DNA from: Octopus sinensis
Taxonomy: Eukaryota
Assembly (NCBI RefSeq): GCF_006345805.1
Contig: NC_043024.1
Coordinates: 11,656,001-11,720,000, forward strand
Direction: 5' to 3'
DNA: 64,000 nt
The notes beneath the pieces were generated by a model that saw only the letters and a list, made by a program, of their open reading frames with translations, did no database searches and had not been told where the DNA came from. Every line of letters starts with the position of its first letter. The stretch's first letter is position 1. Of the stretch, positions 55,675 to 64,000 are shown in pieces. A program made the position numbers and the translations under genes.

Positions 55675-56403
55675 CGTTTGCATTATGTTATATATACAAT
55701 AATAATAGAGGATGTTACCGTATATATTTTTTACAAACCAAGGACGTTATATAGACCTCCTTGACTCAAGTTAGAGAAGGGGTGCGTATTATACACAAGG
55801 TTTAGGTTTTTCAGAGGTACAGCCCCCTAAAAATCCCCTGCATATACAAGTTTGCATTATGTTATATATACAATGATAATAAAGGATGTTACCGTATACA
55901 TTTTTACAAACCAAGGACGTTATATAGACCTCCTTGACTCAAGTTAAAGAAGGGGTGCGTATTATTACTCAAGGTTTAGGTTTTTCAGAGGTACACACCC
56001 CCCTAAAAACCCCCTGCATATACAAGTTTGCATTATGTTATTATACATAATAATAAAGGACGTTACCGTATACATTTTTACAAACCAAGGACGTTATATT
56101 GACCTCCTTGACTCAAGTTAGAGAAGGGGTGCGTATTATACACAAGGTTTAGGTTTTTCAGAGGTACAGCCCCCTAAAAATCCCCTGCATATACAAGTTT
56201 GCATTATGTTATATATACAATAATAATAAAGGACGTTACCGTATACATTTTTACAAACCAAGGACGTTATATAGACCTCCTTGACTCAAGTTAGAGAAGG
56301 GGTGCGTATTATACACAAGGTTTAGGTTTTTCAGAGGTACAACCCCCTAAAAATCCCCTCTGTATTATACTCAAGGGCGGACTATACTCAAGGATTTACG
56401 GTA
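55675..56403. repeat. Four 171-176-bp tandem units ending in a pogo/Tigger-like TIR
   Basis: cattatg at 55681, 55855, 56031, 56202; terminal tatactcaaggatttacgg|ta. Confidence 0.8.
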
Positions 56404-56429
56404 GTTGAATTCATCGTCTGTAATGATAA

Positions 56430-56812
56430 CTAGCAGTATCGCCCGGCGTTGCTCAGGTTTGTAAGGGAAATAACTATAAAGCATTTTTAGAGAGTTATAG
56501 CCAAAAAATAACAAAAAAATGGAAAAAAAATGATGGTAAATTTTTTTTTTAGTTAAAAAAGGTGGAGTTGCGTCCCCTAGACAGTTTGCGGTTTGTGTTT
56601 CTGATTCTCGACCCCATGTCGAATTTATCGATTTTTTTCAGAACTGGGGGAACTTTTCAAAATTTTCGCTGCGTTAGTTTTGAATTATGACATTGGGCTA
56701 TGTGTGTGTCAAGTTTCATCAGAATCGGTTGAAAGCCGTGGTCAGGGTGAGGGTACAAGCAAACAGACACACAGAAACACGCACAGACAAACTGCCATTT
56801 ATATATAGAGAG
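56430..56812 (-). mobile_element. Non-autonomous Helitron-like element in gene B intron 1
   Basis: same hairpin+CTAG end as the 8146 copy; TCTCTATAT start. Confidence 0.7.
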
Positions 56813-56958
56813 ATATATCGGTAGAATAATGGAATAAAAGAACAATGGAATAATAAAAGAACAATGGAATAATAGAACTATGGAACTATGGAATAATAGA
56901 ACTATGGAATACATGTATAAGAGTAAAAGAGGAATCCACGATTTCATAAAGTCTTTAC

Positions 56959-57010
56959 CTGTTGCAGCGACCGCCAAGAAGAGGCAGAATACAGTGAGAT
57001 ATTTCAGCAT
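56959..57010 (-). CDS. Pacifastin-like gene B exon 1 (signal peptide MLKYLTVFCLFLAVAAT)
   Basis: ATG in gaagccATG context, 17 codons +1 nt, donor G|gtaaag, TATAAAAG upstream. Confidence 0.9.
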
Positions 57011-57042
57011 GGCTTCGAAGTTTGCTCCCGGTTGAGAAGACT

Positions 57043-57077
57043 AGTGAGTCTTTGGTAGTCTTTTTTAGTCTTTTATA
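57043..57077 (-). promoter_or_regulatory. Gene B core promoter: TATAAAAG (57077-57070) and Inr-like TCACT near 57045
   Basis: ~32 nt spacing, directly upstream of ATG 57010. Confidence 0.7.
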
Positions 57078-57258
57078 GCAACGTATATTTGATCTTAATA
57101 GGATTACAATCGTAAAGATAAGCTTAACACTTTAGAAGCAATAATTTGCTGATGTTGTTAAAAATATTTTAAATACAATCATTGTTTTATTATAGTCTCA
57201 ATGCTTGAATGCTTTCTCATACGTATTGTCTTTTAAATTTCGGTTTCTCACGCACATA

Positions 57259-57545
57259 TGGAGGCGCAATGGCCCAGTGGTTAGAGCAGCCGACTCGCGG
57301 TTTCGACTACCAGACCAGGCGTTGTGTGTGTTTATTGAGCGAAAATACCTAAAAGCTCCACGAGGTTCCGGCAGGGGGTGGTGGCGACCCCTGTTGTACT
57401 CTTTCGCCACAGTTTTCTCTCACTCTCTCTTCCTGTTTCCTGAGTAACGCTGCGATGGACTGGCGTCCCGTCCAGCTGTGGGAACACATACGCCACCGAA
57501 AACCGGAAAACGGGGCCCATGAGCCTGGCTAGGCTTGAATAGGGC
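57259..57545 (+). mobile_element. tRNA-derived SINE (family 3), divergent from gene B promoter
   Basis: homologous head to the 45570 copy. Confidence 0.75.
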
Positions 57546-58527
57546 GACGTTTTATCGTTACACACATTTGTTTTATGTAACGGAAGCACTAGCACTTTAA
57601 AATAGCTATCTATATATCATACTAAATGCAGATACATCGTTGAAAGGTAAATTTACTGCACTGTTCCTCTGGAGATGAAAATTCTTGTGTCCGTGATGTT
57701 TAAAAACCTAACATATGTCTGAGAGATAAGGTGACGAGCTGGCAGAATCGGTAACACGCCGGACGAAATGCTCAGCGGCATTTCGTCCGTCATTACGTTC
57801 CGAGTTCAAATTCTGCAAAAGTCGACTTTACCTTTTATCCTTTCGGGGTCAATAAAAAAAAGTACCAGTTGTCCATGCAGGTTGATGTAATCGACTTAAC
57901 CCTTACCCCGAAATTGTTGGCCCTCTGACACAATTTGAGACCAGTACGAAGGGGTGCTGAAAGTACCTGGCTTTGGGTAACAGAAAATACAGAAGGATCA
58001 GTGAATTATGATTTTATTCAATACTAGCAGTATTGCCCGGCTCAACGGGGATTTCAGGGGAGAGTTTCAGGGAGTCGCTGGCGATGTATCGTGATGATAA
58101 AAAATCCGGTCTGCTAAAATTTGGTTAAAGTGATTCAAACTGCAGACTCAACGCAAAATGGTCACATTTAATTCAAAGCGTTAAAAATGTTATGAAAACA
58201 ATTGGTATGAGTTCACAAAGTCCAAACGATTAATACGAAAAAACCCTCCTGGCTACATCCCGAAAATTCATTTCTTTGCCGAATTTCTACAATGTTTACG
58301 GCGATTCGTTTTTATATACTCTTTTACTCTTTTAGTTGTTTCAGTCATTTGACTGTGGCCATGCTGGAGCACCGCCTTTAGTCGAGCAAATCGACCCTAG
58401 GACTTATTATTTGTAAGCCTAGTACTTATTCTATCGGTCTCTTTTGCCGAACCGCTAAGTTACGGGGACGTAAACACACCAGCATCGGTTGTCAAGCGAT
58501 GTTGGTAGGACAAACACAGACACTTAA

Positions 58528-58568
<41 letters not shown>

Positions 58569-59469
58569 TACGACGGGCTTCTTTCAGTTTCCGTCTACCA
58601 AATCCACTCACAAGACTTTGGTTGGTTTGAGGCTATAGTAGAAGACACTTGCCCAAGGTGCCACGTAGTGGGACTAAACCCTGAACCATGTAGTCGGTAA
58701 ACAAGCTACTTACCACACGCCTTGATTTTTTTTTATTTTCCATGCAATTTACGCATGCTTGCACGCGTGGTGAACACAGTTCACGTCAAACAGCTGACTG
58801 AGTAAAGTTCACTATTCAATGCATGGGATAAGGCCTAAACAAACACATTATCGATTTTCGCACTTGCGAGATGAATTTCGGAACAGAAATAGCGCAGTTC
58901 AATTTTCATTCGCCTAAACTTTAAGTGACCCATTTTTTGTGGTTCTACGATTTGTTGGCTATGAGGAGATGTGCCGGGAAGTTAAACACACAGACACACA
59001 CACAGACACACAAGTTGAGTTTTATATATATATGGACTAGCAGTATCGCCCGGCGTTGCTCGGGTTTGTAAGGGAAATAACTATATAAGCATTTTTAGAG
59101 AGTTATAGCCAAAAAAATAGCAAAAAAATGCACTAAAAATGGAAAAAAAATGATGGTAAATTTTTTTAAAAATCGTTGACTCATCGTAGACATTTTTAGG
59201 GAGTTACTACCCTTATATAATAGCGAAAAAAATTCAGATTCACACATTTATTGCAGTAGTCCTTCATTCTGCCTAAGCCCTGTAAAAGAACTCGGTAGCC
59301 GGGCCTCCAACCAGGCCTTTCGTGGACACCCTTAAAGCCAGGAAACAAAGACTGTAGCGTGCCCCAGGGTCTGCTTGGGTATAATTTCTACAGCTGGGTG
59401 CTCTTCCTGACGCCAACCACTTTATCAATGTGTACCGCCTCCGCCGCCAACACCCAAACTACCACCAAA

Positions 59470-59678
59470 ACTACTCACCACCACCACCACCACCACCACC
59501 ACCACCACCACCACAACCAAAACTACTACTACTACCACCGCAACCACCACCACCACCACAAACCACCAACAACATTGCTACCATCACCCCCATCACTACC
59601 ACCACCACTACTACAACCAAAACTATCACCACTGCTGCCACTACAACCAAAACTACTACCACTACTACCACCACCACC

Positions 59679-59710
<32 letters not shown>

Positions 59711-60530
59711 CAACAACAACAGCAACATTACTACCACCACCACCACCACCACTACAGCCAAAACTACAACCACTACTGCCACAAGAACTACCATCACCAT
59801 CACCACCATCACCACCACCACTACAACCAAAACTACCACGACTATTACCACAAGAACCACAACCACCACCACCACTACCACCACCACCACCACACCACCA
59901 CCACCACTACAACCAAAACTACAACCACTACTGCCACAAGAACTACCATCACCATCACCATCACCATCATCACCACCACCACCACCATCACCACCACAAC
60001 CACCGCCACTACAACCAAAACTACAACCACTACTGCCACACGAACTACCATCACCATCACCACCACCACCACCACCACCACCACTACAACCAAAACTACC
60101 ACGACTATTACCACAAAAATCACCACCACCACCACCACCACCACCACCACCACCACCACCACCACCGCCACTACAACCAAAACTACAACCACTACTGCCA
60201 CAAGAACTACCATCACCATCACCACCACCACCACCACCACCACCACTACAACCAAAACTACCACGACTATTACCACAAAAATCACCACCACCACCACCAC
60301 CACCACCATCACCACCACCACCACCGCCACTACAACCAAAACTACAACCACTACTGCCACACGAACTACCATCACCATCACCACCACCACCACCACCACC
60401 ACTACAACCAAAACTACCACGACTATTACCACAAAAATCACCACCACCACCACCACCACCACCACCACCACCACCACCGCCACCGCCACCACCACCACCA
60501 CCACCGCAACCACCACCACCACCACCACCT
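59470..60530. repeat. (CAC/ACC)n low-complexity tract with ~120-bp higher-order repeats
   Basis: alternating actacaaccaaaactacaaccactactgcc and actacaaccaaaactaccacgactattacc blocks. Confidence 0.9.
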
Positions 60531-60974
60531 GTGATATGACGAGAGATGCGGTTGTTTCCTTGTATTTTGAATGTCTGGAAATTGTTCAGATTCCAGAAAT
60601 GTTGTTTGAACAATTCTTCCTTTGTGCTTGTCCTCTCAGACATGCAGCCAGTCAGTGGTTAGAGATTTCTGGGGGATAATCCAGGTTAAATCTCTTATAA
60701 TCCTCTACCAGCTGGCCAATTCTTTGTTGCTTCGATAATCATTTGCTTTTTTTTTTTTAGATTTTTATCTTTTGCTTGTTTCAGTAATTTCACACCGGCC
60801 AAGCGGTATGTATATATATATACATAAATACATACATACATACATACATACATACATACACACACGCACGCACGCTCGCACGCACACACACACACACATA
60901 CATATAAATATATGTATGCATATATATATACATACGTCTGAAAGTAGCCATGTTTATACACACACACACACATA

Positions 60975-61026
<52 letters not shown>

Positions 61027-61120
61027 AGTATATGTGTGTATGTATGTATTTATGTATGTATGTATGTATGTATGTATATATATATATATATATATGAGTG
61101 TATGTGTGTATGTATGTATG

Positions 61121-61154
<34 letters not shown>

Positions 61155-61169
61155 TGTATGTATGTATGT

Positions 61170-62550
61170 ATGGAGACCCACAAATTCCTAAATGCAAATC
61201 AGCATGGCTTTCGCTGTGGCAGGGACTGTCTAACACAGCTCTTACACCACATTAAAGATATACTCAAAGCCTTGGGAACAGGTTCGAACTCTGATGTCAT
61301 ATATCTTGACTTCAGTAAAGCGTTCGACAGGGTAGACTATAATATCCTACTCTCAAAATTGGCAAATGTTGGAATCCGTGGAAAACTTCTACACTGGATT
61401 AAGTATTTCCTGGCGAATAGAACACAACATGTTGTAGTTGATGGAGTCCACTCAAGCTCAGCAAAATTCACCAGCGGTGTCCCCCAGGGGACTGTCTTGG
61501 GTCCGCTACTCTTCATAATTTACATAAACGACCTTTCCAGTACATTTACTGCAAAGTGAAAATATTTGCTGATGACACTAAGCTCCAGCAAATCGTCAAT
61601 GAAGAAGCAGACCGAACTCAACTCCAGTCTGATCTATATGCTGTGAGTCAATGGGCAGACAGAAACAAAATGCAACTGAACGAGGGAAAATTTGAGCTGA
61701 TGCATTTTGGAAGAAATTCCGTACTAAAACAGCCATACTCTCTTCCTTCAGGGGAACCACTCACAGCCTCTAACAATATCAGAGACCTGGGTGTAATTGT
61801 TGATGACGATCTCAGTTGGAGTGCACACATCAACAATAAGGTCGATATAGCTCGTAGGATGAGTTCCTGGATCTTAAGAACTTTCCGGTCCAGAGAACAA
61901 GGTGTCATCATACCACTTTTCTCCTCCTTTGTACGGCCACACCTCGAATATTGCTGCCCACTGTGGTCTCCCCATACAAGACAAAACATCTCGAGGATTG
62001 AATCACCCCAGAGGGCACTCACTAAACGAATTGAAGGCATGGCTGCTCTCGATTATTGGGACCGCCTTAAAGCCTTGAAAACTCTACTCCCTCCAGCGTC
62101 GCCGTGAGCGGTACATCATTTGTACGATGTGGAGAATATACCGCCAACTTTGCCCGAATGACCTGAACATTAGCTTCAAGGTACATCCAAGACTGGGACC
62201 ACGGGCTATACGTCCCCTGCCCAATTCAAGATCACAGCATACATGTACACTGTAACATAATTTATTTTCCTCAACAGGCCCTGCCCTATTTAACATTGTC
62301 CCGAAAGAGATCAAAGAGGAAAAGGATCCCATCAACTTTAAACGGAGTCTGGATAGATTCCTTCAAGGAATACCAGATAAGCCACCCATAATTGGACTCA
62401 ACTCACCAACAAAAACTCATTACTTGAATGGACCATAAACAAAACTTGACTTAAAGAGGATTCAGGTAATCCTATCAGGTGGTGCTATTAAGTTAGACAT
62501 GCCATGGACCAATCTTTGGTCGAAACATATCTAAGTTTATCTAAGTTTAT
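61170..62550 (+). mobile_element. CR1/L2-like LINE 3' part (RT, frameshifted)
   Basis: NQHGFR..YLDFSKAFDRV..GVPQGTVLGPLLF, FADD, PHLEYCCPLWSP; (atctaagttt)2 tail. Confidence 0.9.
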
Positions 62551-62564
62551 ATATATATATATAG

Positions 62565-63098
62565 AAAATAGTAAAAAGTGAAAAAATTACAGAAGGCTTG
62601 TTTTAAAAGGTTAAAGAATATATATTAAAGTCAATATGTCTGAAGAATATTATAAATTTTTTTCTTACAATGACATAGTTTAGAAGAAAGACCGGTTTCG
62701 CGTTTAGCTTTTCAAATTTCTTACGTCGTTATGTTTATGTTGAGAAGAGTTATCGTTATGTTTATGTTGAAAAGAGTTCTAAATAAGGGGAGGTAATAAG
62801 TGAAATTCACCCCAAAGGAAAGGAAAACATTTTGAGCGATTATCTCCCTTACATCGTAAGAAATCACTTATTACCTCTCCTTATTTAGAACTCTTTTCAA
62901 CATAAACATAACGATAACTCTTCTCAACATAAACATAACGACGAAAGAAATTCGAAAAGCTAAACGCGAAACCGGTCTTTCTTCTAAACTATGTCATTGT
63001 AAGAAAAAAATTATAATATTCTTCAGACATATTGACTTAATATATATTCTTAACCTTTTAAACAAGCCTTCTGTAGTCTTTTCACTTTTTACTATTTT
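62565..63098. mobile_element. Foldback/MITE-like long inverted repeat (~240-bp arms, 60-bp spacer)
   Basis: 62565-62803 is the near-perfect reverse complement of 62864-63098; TA-rich flanks. Confidence 0.85.
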
Positions 63099-63789
63099 AT
63101 ATATATTCAATCACGTGCTTTCACAAACCAAATTTCTTATCTATATATATAGATATATATTATATATATGTCAGGTGACTTTTGAGTGCTACTGGTAACA
63201 TGTAACCCAGTACAACCTGTTGCATGGTCGGGCCGTCGGAGACTAAACCGGCAACCCCACCAAGCTTGCTTGGTGAGGAGGGTGTTTATTGGACACCCTG
63301 CGGGATGAAAAACAAAACCCGTCAAAGGGCGGAGGAACTCTTGAGAGTCAACAGCCATTCAATAAATGCCTTAAGGCTGTATCATGCGCGGGGACATAGA
63401 AATAATCGGACTGAATACCCGATCGCGTGGTTAAACCATTGGGATTGAAGGACTCCTAGCCTTTGTTAGGGCATCCTTCTAGGAGAAGGTAACTCAGGTA
63501 ACTGGGATAACTCCGACATAAAACCTGCGGCTCAGTGGTTACCGATGATGTTGACTTGTTCTTCTTTTCGGATTATGGCTGCTGTTGCTTAGTGAGTGGG
63601 ATTGACTCAGTGCACAGCCTTTCTTCACTTTAAAAAAAGTCTTCTTGCACAGGCATTGCACGATAACAACATTGATTAAGCTTCGTGCAATGGCCATACA
63701 CGATAACGAGGGGGCAGCCACCATGTATACATACCGACACTTCCGGAAGTACCAGATACATTAAAAAAAGTGTTTTTTTATATATGGGA

Positions 63790-63990
63790 GGTTAGGGTTA
63801 GGGTTAGGGTTAGGATTAGGGTTAGGATTAGGGTTAGGATTAGGGTTAGGATTAGGGTTAGGGTTAGGGTTAGGGTTAGGATTAGGGTTAGGATGAGGGT
63901 TAGGGTTAGGATTAGGGTTAGGGTTAGGATTAGGGTTAGGATTAGGGTTAGGATTAGGATTAGGGTTAGGGTTTGTGTTAGGGTTGAGTT
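63790..63990. repeat. (TTAGGG/TTAGGA)n telomere-like tract, probably a second copy of the 46.2-kb element type
   Basis: ends in ttaggggtggga, which resembles the reverse complement of the ccccacccctaa boundary near 46530. Confidence 0.7.
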
Positions 63991-64000
63991 AGGGGTGGGA

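Overview
Repeat-dense eukaryotic (non-prokaryotic) DNA. The SINE/LINE/microsatellite content is typical of an Octopus genome (inference from repeat families). The ORF track is almost entirely microsatellite and retroelement noise. Reading splice sites by eye reveals two tandem, minus-strand, multi-exon genes for small secreted pacifastin-like (I19-type, C-x16-CNxCxC-x3-G-x2/3-CT-x3-C) protease-inhibitor precursors. Gene A (ATG 26111, 5 exons, 148 aa) has three domains. Gene B (ATG 57010) has two intact domains plus a decayed third module, and its C-terminus is unresolved. Both genes have a TATA box, a signal-peptide exon, one phase-1 exon per domain, and a mostly non-coding last exon with AATAAA. 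The rest of the window is mobile DNA: a near-full-length R4/Dong retrotransposon in a (TAA)n target with a nest of related fragments, a mariner nested in an RTE LINE next to a Penelope GIY-YIG remnant, two Penelope-type minimal hammerhead motifs, TSD-flanked SINE multimers, a 19-copy SINE-head array, Helitron concatemers, a TIR element carrying telomere-like repeats, and a 240-bp-arm foldback. Many repeat coordinates are approximate. No database searches were run.
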